Shown here piece after piece: positions 37,346 to 49,760 of a stretch of DNA of 64,000 bases; the first letter of the stretch is position 1; the number at the start of each line of letters is the position of its first letter. Where the stretch lies: NCBI RefSeq assembly GCF_006345805.1, contig NC_043014.1, forward strand, positions 26,102,001 through 26,166,000. Reading direction: 5' to 3'. Source of the DNA: Octopus sinensis (taxonomy: Eukaryota). The notes below the pieces were generated by a model. That model made no database searches. It was not told the origin of the DNA and was given only the letters and a program-made list of their open reading frames with translations. The position numbers and the translations under genes are program-made.

Positions 37346-38368
37346 TGGATTAGCGAAACAATTATGAGAATGGAACCAAGGGATAAACCCCGCCTTTATG
37401 ATGAAAGTTTAAAAACAATATATGCCTAGTGCTTCCACGTAGCAGATTTCCAGACGCGCTTTTCTGACTCTTGAGATTTCCTCAATGGGAAACACCGAAG
37501 AGAGATAACACTGGACAGATTTAAAGCCATAACTTTAACAAAAAAAAGTCAACGTCAGTGACCGAGTTGCACTATTGGACCGCCTGATGGGGATAAATAT
37601 AGCAGCATCAGGGCCAAGCAGCGATTAGGAGTGCATATATCTCTGTACATACTTATACACATTATGTTTGCATGTATATATTTATATGTTTGTGTACAAA
37701 CACGTACTCACACACGCACACACATGCACGCGTTCGCGCACACACACACACGGATATATATTTTGTCAACAGTCTAAGAAAGACAATAATATTTGTTATT
37801 TGTATCAGAGTTTTATTTCCGTACATGTGAATATTCTCCATCCTGCATACCTCCGCAGAAACACGAATACTTTGTAGTTGATTAGCTGATTATTTAGTCA
37901 TTATTAGCGCTATCGCACCAAAAAAAAAAACACTAGGCCTTTGGATTTCTTATTCCACATTTCTTTTGATAACATCTGCTAATTCCAAACTGCCACTCCC
38001 AAATTTGAAACCCTTCTTTAAATTTTATTTGCGGACAGAATATTATAATAAAATTAGATAAAATCATTTCTGCAGCTACTTCAAGACAATACTGTATGTT
38101 GTTTGAGATATTATTTCTGTATATAAAATGCTATGATCCTACACACAGACACACACGCACGCACATATGCACATACACACATCCAAGCACACACGCACAC
38201 ATGCACGCATATATATATATATATAAATTAGAGAAAAAACACTATTGTGCAATTCAAACAATGACAGCCATAAACCAAATCATAAATAAAAAATAAAATA
38301 TAGTTTAAAACATATAACTAGATCACAAAAAGTACAAAAATGAATAAACAACATATAATAAGTAAAAA

Positions 38369-38470
38369 GACTACGAACGTTTCATAGCTATAATTTAAAT
38401 TCGAATTACAATTAAATTTAAATTTAATCGAAAAACAATTCAATTTAAAAGTATAGTCACTCCTCAGGTC
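38369..38470 (-). ncRNA. Type-I hammerhead ribozyme candidate with long AT-rich stem-II loop
   Basis: GAC-CUGAGGA-GUGACUAUA-[~60 nt]-UAUAGCUAU-GAAAC GUUC GUA-GUC. All core positions are conserved. Confidence 0.65.
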
Positions 38471-38629
38471 AACAATAATAACAATAATAGTTAAATAATC
38501 AAACAGAATTAAACAATATTTCTTAAAATAAAATCATGATTGTTCTTATAGGAGAAACTCCATTAACTAAATTTGAAACTTAAAATAGGACTAGGTGCCT
38601 ATAATACATTTATTATGTTAAAAACTTAA

Positions 38630-38684
<55 letters not shown>

Positions 38685-38849
38685 AGTTTGACATAGATAA
38701 ACTATACAGTGGAAGTTCCGGCTACTGAAGCTGAATAGTCCCCTTTGGCGATTGAGGAATACAGAAAACGAGGGCATTAACCAGAGCTATTATTAATAGC
38801 AAATGGTGGTATGCCCTCAAACGAGCCATTAAATATGAGTCTATTAGAT

Positions 38850-40810
38850 ATAACATAGGTTTAGTGGCTAGAGAGATTAGGAGGTAATAGTTAAGGCCCT
38901 AGAGGAGGAAATGAGGACTGGCTCTGCATCCCAGTTGAAGCACCTCGGAGGCAAAACACATGGTGTGCATTGTCAGAGCTAGACTTCGTGCAGTGGGTTG
39001 CGAGGGAATCAAGGCCCGATTGGTGGAAGCCCAGCCTGGTAATGATGTCGCATTTCGATCTTTGGTGAACCAACAAGGTGAGTTGACAAACGAACCCGAG
39101 GAGATGTGTAACACCTTTCAGGAGCACTTCGTCCAGCTTTTCGGGGGAGCGATAGACCGGAGAGTAGGATGTACCTAACAACCTTCCTCACCGGGTTGCC
39201 GTGTCTCGAGACAGTATGGAGAGTGCTGTGAAGGGCCGATCACGTCTGAGGAAGTGGTAGAGGCTATGGTGGATTGCAGCGTGGATAAGGCGCCGGGATT
39301 GAATGGTCTACCCTACGAGTTATATACGTGTATGACAGACTTGTTCGGGGAACTACTGGTTGGTGTTTACACGAACTGGCAGCAGAGTGGGTTTATTCCC
39401 AGATCTGTGCGCTGCAGAGAGTTGACGCTAGTCAGAGAGAGCCCGGACAAGAGGGATTCTATTGATAATTTTAGGCCCATCACTCTGCTAAACACAGAGC
39501 TGAAGATTTTGGCCAAGATGTTAGCGAAATGGTTGGCACGTGTCGCAGATGGTTTGGTCGGGGAGGCACAGACTTGTGCCATTTCCGGCAGAACCTTTCA
39601 GGATAATCTCCACCTTCTACGCTACACCTTATAGGGATTTAATAGTAAACCCGGCAAGAGTGGGGTACTGGTTCATTTAGACTAAGCAAAAGATTCGATA
39701 GGGTTGACCATCGTTACCTGTTATCGGTTTTCGCACAGTTCGGCCTGTGTCTTGGCTTCCTTAGGCGGATCATATCAATATATCACCACATCGACTCGAC
39801 TGCTCGGGTGAGCGCTTTTCTGTCAAAGCCGTTCCGTATCAAACACTCAGTTCGCCCAGGGTGTCCACTCTTCCCACTTTTGTTTGTGATAGCTCTTGAG
39901 CCATTGCTGCGAAAGTTGAGTGGCATCCCGAGGGAGTCAGGTTGTGGAAAGTCGGTTTCAGCATACGTGGACGACATCACCATCATCGTGACCGAAATGG
40001 AAAACCTAAAGAGGGTAGGCGAGGCCATTAAGGAGTACGAAACGGTGGAAGAAGCAAATATTAATAGTGAAAAGTCAGTCGGCTTGCAGCTCGGCGCCTG
40101 GAGAGGCAAATCAATGCCTCGTGACAGCGTCGTGGGACATTGGGCAGAGGGTCCGATTAAGTTGTTAGGGGTCAGGTTGGTCCGGACCTCCAAAGAGAGA
40201 TGAACTAGGCTGAGGAATTGAGATGTGTAACACCTTTCAGGAGCACTTCGCCCAGCTTTTCGGGGGAGCGATGGACCGGAGAGTAGGATGTACCTAACAA
40301 CCTTCCTCACCGGGCTGCCGTGTCTTTCGAGACAGTATGGAGAGTGCTGTGCAGGGCCCATCACGTCTGAGGAAGTGGTAGTCAAGACCTGGTCTTGGCG
40401 GTGGCTATCCTTGAAAGGGAGGGCGGAGGTGGCCAATATGTTTATCGAATCGGTCATCATTCACCGCCTAACCGTCGTTCCTTGCCCTGATTCATGGTTA
40501 ATCAAGTTTGAAAGACAGCCCTTTCGCTTTTTGTGGAGGAACTCGAAATCGCTTGTGAAACGCTCTATTTTCTGCCAAGAACCATTAAAGGATGAACTAG
40601 CGATGCCTTGGCTGTTGATGCGCAGACATGCGCTGAGGTTGAAGTATATGTGGCTCCACCTTGATGGTGAACGGGTTTGGTTTCCGCTTGCGAAACAGAT
40701 GTTTCCCAGGTTCACTAATTTCGGTGGACGGGAAGCCTGGTTCTATCGTAGATCGAAGCTGGATACATGGTTTACGGTGTGCCATAAAGCTCTCCGTCGC
40801 TCTGGTAATG
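38850..40810 (+). mobile_element. Degenerate Tx1/L1-like ORF2 (RT region)
   Basis: KAPGLNGLPYELY, NFRPITLLNTELKILAK, SVRPGCPLFPLLF, SAYVDDI and LSLKGRAEVAN. Internal duplication of 39101-39260 at 40220-40381. Confidence 0.92.
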
Positions 40811-41165
40811 CCAGTCAGGGTCCTCCACGCAGGACAGAAACGCCTCCCGTCAGGCCCCACCTTCCAAGCTTCTTCACAAAGCCCTCCAATGTCCCTCCCT
40901 TATGGAAGAGGACCACAAATTCCTCGTTCGTATCATGAGGAGGGGGATCTGCAGTTTCCACCTTTGGTGGCACATCTTCCCCCGAAGGTGCTTCGGGACA
41001 CGCCGGCAGTGTGTTACGAAGCGCCGGCAATGTCCCGTTTTTCTTTTTTTTCCTTTGAGCCATTGGAGGGTGGAGTTTCTCCGCTTTGTCCAGCAGATCC
41101 TCTCTCCCCCCCGCAGCTCTCGGATCCCTCTGTATCATGTCTTTATGGCAAAATGTTTGAAATGA

Positions 41166-41555
41166 AGTAGCTTGCTTACGAACCACATGGTTCCAGGTTC
41201 AGTCCCACTGCGTGGTACCTGGGGCAGTGTCTTCTACTATAGCCTATGGTCGACCAAGGCCTTGTGAGTGGATTTGGTAGACGGAACCTGAAAGAAGCCC
41301 GTCGTATATATGTATATGTATATATGTATACATATACATTTGTATATGTTTGTGTCTGTGTTTATCCCCCAACATCGCTTGACAACCGATACTGGTGTGT
41401 TTACGTCCCCGTAACTTAGCGGTTCGGCAAAAGAACCGATAGAATAATATTTGGCTTCCAAAAAAAAGTTCTGGGGTCGATTTGCTCGACTAAAGGCGGT
41501 GTTTCATCGTGGCCACAGTCAAATGACTGAAACAAGTAAAAGAGTACAAGAGTAA
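41166..41555 (+). mobile_element. SINE family A
   Basis: Direct similarity to 4577-4995, with B-box-like ggttcagtcc. Confidence 0.85.
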
Positions 41556-41581
41556 GTATAAAAATAATAAACTTTAAATCT

Positions 41582-41890
41582 GGCACTCCGTCGATTACGG
41601 TGACAAGGGTTCCAGTTGATTCGATCAACGGAACGGGCTACTCGAGCACTTCACAGATACGCATACCCTTAACGTAGTTCTTGGGGAAATTCAGCGTGAC
41701 ACAAAATGTGTGAAGGCAAATCCTTTTAAATTACAGGTACAACTCATTTTCTTCAGCTTAGTGGGCTGGAGCAACGTGGAATAAAGTGTCTTGTTCAATG
41801 TCACAGCGCTCCACCAGGAATCGAACTCAAGTTGTCTTGTTCAAGGATACAACGCTTCTAGAATCGAACTCACGGCCTTACGATCGCGCC
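41582..41890 (-). mobile_element. SINE family C
   Basis: Shares gggttccag, aacgtagttct and tacaactcatttt with 6445-6752. Confidence 0.7.
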
Positions 41891-43130
41891 TTTACAATAA
41901 GTATTAAATATGAATGAGAAAATTTCGCATGTTTCACTTCAGAGAGGCATCTAAAGTGTTTGCAACAGTCGTCTTAATGTGTTATTCTTTCTTTTTAAAT
42001 TAATTATATTTAATTTCCATATATATTTTCATACGTTAAGACATAAATATGCCATAACATATAAATGTGACATATTTGTGTGTCACATTTCTTTCCTAAA
42101 GATATTTTAGAGAAATGACTGGTGATAAGATAAGAAGAGCATCATAGACCGTCAACAGTAGTGTTGGGCTAAAGACAGAAGATATGAGAGATATGTATTT
42201 TGTTAAGTGTATTTAGGTTAGATATCAGGATAAAACCTGTGATATTTCAAGATGATGTGGGGAGGTGTCAGAAATTTGGAGGTTAAGTTATGTTTTCAGA
42301 ATATTCGAACTATCAAATAAATTGTTTTTATGTTCATGTGCATGTGTAGTGGTTAAGTGTGTATGTAAACAAATATGTAAACCGATTCATGATTGAAAAG
42401 CATTTATTTGTTATAAGTACACTACATAAAAAAAATGTAGGCAACTGCTACGGGTTGCTAGAAATACAGAGTACATATTAGGAATGAATACGTTTGTGTG
42501 TGTGCGTGTGTGTGTGTTCGAAACAGTAGTCTATCGGCACTTCGAACATTTCTCTCTGCCTCTGCGGTCTGCCAAAAAACTTGGGTCGTAGATAGATCTA
42601 TCTCGACTGTCTGCTCCCGTCTCTCTGTCTCTGGTGTTTCACTACCGGTTTTATAATATTTGTGGCAGCTAGAAAGACAGACATACTGCAGCAGAGTTTG
42701 TACCTAAATAGGTCAGCGCTTGTCCAGTTGAACTTCGCCTGACATGCTAAGGTCGCAGGTCAAAGGGAGATGATCAATTAATTTTTGACAGGACAAAGAA
42801 AACCTTTTTTCGCGTCTGTTGATCGTCGTGGTTTGGACGACCGAGAATTCTTGGATTCGGTTTCGAATCTAGGCTTAGAGAAGGAAGTGTTAATTCTTAC
42901 ACATGCATAAACGCCCCCCCCCGCTACATATCAGACTAACCAAGGTTGTCCAAAGTTATCATAAATTGTTCTTAATGAAGGCATGTGCTGTTTAAAGTTA
43001 TCTTTCGTACAAGGAATGAACTTGTGATCCAATATGTTTATAGTAGACTGGTGTCTAATGCACTGTGCACTCAATATTTTATAATTTATTTGAGTACATA
43101 TGTACACACATACACACACATGTATCTATG

Positions 43131-43182
43131 TCCTCGATAGTATGGTAGTAAGTATTCCTGCCTATCCTTCCCCGCCGGGCAG
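43131..43182 (+). pseudogene. Internally deleted tRNA-Asp-derived sequence
   Basis: tcctcgatagtatggtagtaagtattcctgcctatc + ttccccgccgggcag resembles the 5' half and 3' end of metazoan tRNA-Asp(GTC); about 20 nt including most of the T arm are missing. Confidence 0.6.
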
Positions 43183-44159
43183 GCGTTTATAGTGTTGGCG
43201 GTGCTCCAGCATGGCCGCAGTTAAAAGACTGAAACAAGTAAAAGAATAAAAGAATATGTATGTATGTATCTATGTATCTACACACACACACACACACACA
43301 CATGTATATATGCATGCATGTATGCGTATTGTGTATATGTATGTGTGAGTGTATGTGTATATATATGCATGCGTACGGGTTTAAATACACAAGTAAGCAG
43401 GCCTATATAATAACGCATACGCATACACATATATGTACATGTGTGGGTGCATATATCGATATACACTTCTTTCTTTCTCTCTGATTCCTCCACCCATACT
43501 ATCACATTAGCCAGTAGAATAAACACATAAGTATATTTATAGAAACTTGACCATTCTTAGTATTATTCGCTTCCAATTTGTGGTTTACTACTCACTTTAG
43601 AAAACCCCCTCCTTTACCTTTTGCTATACTCATCCCTTAATGCTATTCTAATATACCACCTCAAACACCTCACACATATTCATTACTTACATTCTTATCT
43701 CTTCCTAACCATCCCCTACTCCTCTCTCATCTCCCATCATAATATCTTGACCTCCAACTAACACTCCTTTTTCACTTCCTTACACTTTTTCCTTTTCTCT
43801 TTTTGATTTCATTTTTTTCCTCTTTCTTTCCTTCTTTTTCTTTAACCTCTCTCTTCATTTTAACATTTTAACACATCTCTTCTCCCCACTCTGTTCACTA
43901 CATTCTCAAATTTTCATTCATACCACAAGACACCTTTGAATGAACAGCACATGGAATCTACGTCTCCACACGTTTCATTTGTGATGACAAAATATATGAA
44001 CTCCTATTGGAATTTACGTACAACGGACAGGAAGCATTTCTATCACTTCTACACACCACTTGCCTTGGATAATGGAACTACAACTATAACATCTTTATGC
44101 ATTTTTATTTTCATTTCTACATTCGTTCTATTTCCCTACATACTCCTTATTTACTTCTT

Positions 44160-44470
44160 TTTCCAAAATAACTCCGCATACTGAACTCTAATATTTCCCT
44201 CTGTTTATTCATCTCACATCATCTTTCATGAAGGGATATCCCTAATATCCCAGAAATAGCTGTAAGACTAACTTTCTCTTTATAAATGTCCTGAAACTTT
44301 CACACAGTCTTGGCTTTGTCGTCTCATTTTATTTAACATATACATGCTCATACAAGACGTGCATTAGACTCCTCACTCGTATCATTATCGAACCGAGAGT
44401 TTAACTACGGTCCTTCCATAGCAATTATCATTACCTGCCACCTTGGGTCTTCTGGATACCAATACCTTTC
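44160..44470 (+). mobile_element. Penelope-like pseudo-LTR with decayed hammerhead-like motif (44222-44267)
   Basis: UUCAUGA-AGGGAUA..UAUCCCA-GAAAUAGCUGUA-AGA, related to the motif at 10566-10655; follows a long pyrimidine-rich tract. Confidence 0.5.
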
Positions 44471-44505
44471 TCATATATTTATATACATATTCGTATGTAT
44501 ATCTA

Positions 44506-44546
<41 letters not shown>

Positions 44547-44577
44547 ATACATATATATATATATATATATATAATAT

Positions 44578-44627
<50 letters not shown>

Positions 44628-44903
44628 ATATATATAATTTCATATATATAATTTCATGTACCATCATGAAGCGATTGGACACTGTATCCGTAACCAGGAA
44701 TCTGAAAATTCTGCACGTTGTTAGTTCGCATTGTCCTCAGAGATTGCACTCGGAATTTATGAGTGTCATCTTCCATATTTCTTATCATTCTTTGGCTAAA
44801 TTCAGTTTAACCCAAAGAGCCGATCAAATTTCTTTTGTTATTGACCTAGTTCTGGTACAAATATAAATACAGGGAACCTCTAACAGAATATCACTTCTTT
44901 TAA

Positions 44904-45120
44904 GGCGGCGAGCTGGCGGAATCGTTAGCATATGGGGCAAAATGCTTAAGTGGTATTTCGCCTGTCTTTACGTCCTGAGTTCAAATGCTGCCGAGGCCGA
45001 CTTTACCTTTCATCCTTTCGGGGTCGATAAATTAAATACCAGTGAAACATTGGGGTCGATGTAACTGACTGGTCTCCACCCTCAAAATTTCAGGCCTTGT
45101 GCTTATAGTAGAAAATAATA
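44904..45120 (+). mobile_element. tRNA-derived SINE family B, full length
   Basis: Head ggcggcgagctggcggaatcg, B-box-like gagttcaaat, central ctttcatcctttcggggtcgataaattaaataccag (recalled as Meta/MESC-like, unverified), AAT tail. Confidence 0.8.
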
Positions 45121-45739
45121 TCCCTTCTTTTCTGAGTTACATCAGTGGCAACATCTATCTTATCCTCTCTTTACTCGGCAGTTTCCAGCAATTTAATATT
45201 CCTCTCTTATCCTCTCTTCACTTGGCAGCTGCCACATTGGTAACTTCTCTCACCATCTCTCTTCCACATTTTCCTTATCAATCAACGAACTATCAATGTC
45301 AACTAGCTTGTCAACTAGCGTGGCAAATCTCTCATGAGCGTTATTACTATCTCTCGCCTTTCACATTTCTATGTAGTAAGTCGATAAGAACGACAACCAG
45401 AACTTCTCTAAGAGACTGATACTTGAAATTTACTTCCAACTCGAAGTTGTGAATAAAATTACTAACAATTGAATTAAGGTTAATTTAAGTAGGAACTATT
45501 TCTTCTGTCAATTTATTTTCAAGATTTCTGAAAACAATTATGCAACTCGCAGCATTTCTTCAAATACAGTTTTCTAAATTTGCCATGCGCAACGTCTACA
45601 AAACTTCATACCTATCACTAATATCATCATCACCCATGGTGACCAAATCAGCTTATATGTTAAGCATTAAATCTGTATCAATCAGACTATTGGATGTTGT
45701 TATATATCGACGGTTACAATGCGCTTCCATTTCTTTCTT

Positions 45740-46700
45740 GATTGCGCCACTCTCTTACTTCTACTCCTGATTGACTTTCCCGATCTCCTTCGGTTTGGGG
45801 AACTGGCAAAAGTCACAAGTAACAAGGCCTGCTCTGTATGGAGAGTGAAGGACTGTTTTGATACCCATCTTTGTCTAGTAGTCGTTTACCAGAGTGAAAC
45901 TGTGGACTGGTGCATTGTCCTGGTGCAGGTGCCTTCGACGCGTACGGAAGAGCTCTGGCTGTGGACCGTCTGACCAGAGAGAACCCAGTGAATGTAGACG
46001 ATACCCTTGCTGTCGAAAAGTGGAATCTTCATGAGCTTGCCGGTGGATTTGCTTCTTCTCTGGGGAAGTGCAGGCGCTTCCATTGGATACTCTATTTCTT
46101 GGTCTCTGGATCTTAACAGTAGATCCACCAATCCTCAAAAGTCATCAGAGACTCAACTATTCTTGGATTGGAGGTAATAAGCTGAACCATCGGCCTACTG
46201 TCACTAACGCGTCTTTTTTTTCTATTCGTCACTGAGCACCCTTGGAACAAACTTTGCACAAATATTGGTCAAGTTCAGATCTTCATGAAAATTTGTGTAG
46301 AGATGCTATATCAACTCCAAACGGTAATTTTATTTTCCATAGATACACAACGGTCTTCATCCTGTACATTGAAAATTTTCTCAACCATCTCTGATGTTCG
46401 GATGTCTAACTCCCTTCTACACCGCTCATCGTCTCTCACTTCCTTTCTATCGTTATTGAATCTTTTGTATCAGCGAAAAACAGACACTCGACACGTATAA
46501 CTTAATCCGTAAGCAGCTTGGAGCATTTCATAAGTTTCTGCAGTGTTTTTGTCATGTTTAGAACAAAACTCTATTGCATAACTAGCTTCTAAATTGTCTA
46601 GACGCTCCGAATTCATTCTGCAAACTAGTCAGGTATTGTTGTGCTCAAAGTGCTATTACAGCTGTCTCCTTCAATCTGGAATGACAAAAGTTGGCGGATC
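45740..46700 (-). mobile_element. Degenerate mariner transposase
   Basis: AIEFCSKHDKNTAETYEML, DPETKK.SIQW, FDSKGIVYIHWV and LHQDNAPVH. Confidence 0.8.
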
Positions 46701-46923
46701 AGCTTATTAGTTGTAAAGTAATGACATACTAAAATTGCAATAAACTAGACCAGTTATAACTGCTTCTCCTAAACAATCTCAAAGCTCTGGAATAATGCAC
46801 CTAGTGTGTGTGTGTGTGTGTGGTTGTGTGTGTGTGAGTGTGTGTGTGTACATATGGAAAGAAGTATTTTCCACGTAAGTTCATTTTCAAACCCACAAAC
46901 AAATTCTCATCTCTCTCTCTCTT

Positions 46924-47008
<85 letters not shown>

Positions 47009-47629
47009 AGAATGAATGTTTTTATATATAATGAACGTGAAATACAGGAAGGGACGAACACGGAACACAGACAAATCATTCGAAGCCTTCAATCTTCAGT
47101 CAGACACCGAATCATCATAGCAAATTTCGGCTGTTCAATTCTGATATTTGCTCCAACTCGGCCAGCCCCAAGAAAAAAAACTAAGCTGTAAGCATTAGAT
47201 TTCTTGGTAGAAGACAGGAATATGAACGCACAAGACGGATGTAAATACAAGAGACGAAAACGAAATTGAAAACAGTAATGAATAAACAAAATATATATAA
47301 CGGTGGTTGTCATACGACTTTAGACCAAATGAGACAGAAACAACAACAACATAGCAGCTGGCGTAGAGATAATTACCGTTTCGGTAGCGGGGACACATGT
47401 TGGTCGAGATACGATGGCCAACAGAATGGTTAAGAAGCAGCAGGTTGCAGGAGAGGGAGAGAAAGAGAGACAGAGAGAGAGGGAATCAAAGAGGGTGGAA
47501 GGCAGGGGACAGAATCAGTGACCAAGAGAAAAGGAGAAAGAAGGGATTAAGGAGGATGGGAGGAAGAGGGGAGGAGTATGGGAGGAAGAGGGGGGATATA
47601 TATATGTGTGTGTGTGTGTGTGTTTATGT

Positions 47630-47832
47630 ATTTGTGTTTGTCCCCCTAACATCCCTTGACAACCGATGGTGGTGCGTTTACGTCCCCATAACTTAGCGGT
47701 TCGGCAAACAAGAGCGATAGAATAAGTACTAGGCTTACAAAGAATAAGTCCTGGTTTCGATTTGCTCGACTGAAGGCGGTGCTCCAGCATGGCCCCAGTC
47801 AAATGACTGAAACAAGTAAAAGAGTAAAAGAA
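47630..47832 (+). mobile_element. SINE family A, 3' half
   Basis: cttgacaaccgat...ggcggtgctccagcatggcc...aaaagagtaaaagaat. Confidence 0.85.
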
Positions 47833-47859
47833 TATACATACATACATACATACATACAT

Positions 47860-47922
<63 letters not shown>

Positions 47923-48461
47923 TAAAATAAGATAGGGTAGCAAAATCTTTAGAAATTTCACTATCAGTGGCCTAGCATGTATAAAAAAGTGAATAGACAA
48001 CATATTTTCCATATAAAATTAGTATACATTTAAACACAGAAGAGGCGACCCTTAATAGGCAGCCTTACATGCTAGAAGAGGCAGTCAAAACGTCCAAAAT
48101 CACATTTAAGAGCAATTTTGAAGGGAATGAAAAATAAAAACTTTTACCTTGTTATTGACAGCCTTACCTTGATTTCGAACATTAATTAGCAATTAAAATA
48201 ATTAGCTAGGCGAAGTTCTCATCAATGGCTAAATTGTATGTTAATTGTTTTGGCGTAGCCACTGGTGAGAACTTTACCTAGTAAATTAATTTATTTGCTA
48301 ATTAGATTTCGAAATCTAGGTATGGCTAAAAACATAAGTGAAAGTTTATTTTTCATTCCCTTCGGAGGTGCTCTTAAATGTGGTTTTGGATGTTTTGATT
48401 GCTCCTTCAATCATGTAAGGCTGCCTATTAAGAATCGACTCTTTTGCGTTTAAATATACAC

Positions 48462-48515
<54 letters not shown>

Positions 48516-49539
48516 CGAGGGGCTACCCAAAGGTGATAGGAAATGTTCTCGGTGGGACAAACCCTTTCTAGGTCAGGCTTCCGCCGCTAGAAGCTACTTG
48601 ATGCGACCCTCAGCCACCAGTGTGCCGACCGGTGGTCTCGTGTGATATTGTACTGCTTCCCCGCTGTTCGTTGATTTTTGCGATGGCTGCCCTGTCTTAT
48701 TTTATGAATATATATACTCTTTTATCCTTTTACTCTTTTATTTGTTTCAGTTATTTGACTGTGGCCATAATGGAGCACCGCCTTTAGTCGAGCAAATCGA
48801 TCCCTGGACTTATTCTTTGTAAGCCTAGTACTTATTCTATCGGTCTCGAGCAATTCTGTTTTCTGCTGGAGAAAATGGTGACAGAGACAGTTGCCATGCT
48901 TCACATAACATACAAGAACGCTGCTGTGCGCAAACCAAAGTTTACGATTGGTTTCCACGTTTTTTAGAAATGTCACTTGTCGCTTGAAGAAGAACCTCGT
49001 TGAGAACGACCGTCGACCTTCCGAACGAATAAAAACATCATGAAAATTCATTGGAGGACAATCACCGAACAGTTGACGAACTTGTTGATATGACTGGTGC
49101 GTTCTGGAGCTCCTGCCAACGAATTTTGAGCGAGGAAATGCGAGTGAAAAGGGTTGCAGCAAAATTTGTGCCTCGCTTGTTCACGGAAGATCAAAATTAG
49201 TCACGACAGAATGCGTGTTTTGAACTGAAAGAAGGGTTGGAAGATGATCGGACCTTTTTCAAAAGACATCACCGGTGACGAAAGCTGGTACTACGGAATT
49301 TGCTGATGTGGAAGAAGTGAAGAAAAAAATCGAGGAAGGTGTTAAAAGGCATCACTTCGCAACAGCTCCAACACTGTGAGAAATACACCTGGACAATAGT
49401 GGGAAATGCGTCTGGACGGATGCATTACTTCAAATGGAGAATACTTTGATGGCGATAAAAGTGTAAACATGTAAAAGTAAATGAATAAAATAACACTGTA
49501 AAATTCAGGGGCTATTTTTTGGGAGGGGGTAGCCTCTGG
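48516..49539 (+). mobile_element. Internally deleted mariner element with a SINE A tail inserted (48720-48847, minus strand)
   Basis: Imperfect TIRs ta|cgaggggctaccc and gggtagcctctgg|ta. Motifs VAAKFVPRL, ITGDESW and NGEYFDGD. Confidence 0.8.
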
Positions 49540-49591
49540 TATCTCTGTTTGTCTGTCTGCCTGTCTGTCTGTATGTATGTATATGTATGTA

Positions 49592-49726
49592 TGTCATTAT
49601 TCAGTTTATTTGAAAATTTCTTGCCAATAGAGAAAGAACCGTTTCCTAATAGATTCAAGGTTCCTTCATTGGAACTTCAACATCAACAACAGGTTATTTT
49701 TGTATGTATGTATGTATGTATGTATG

Positions 49727-49760
<34 letters not shown>

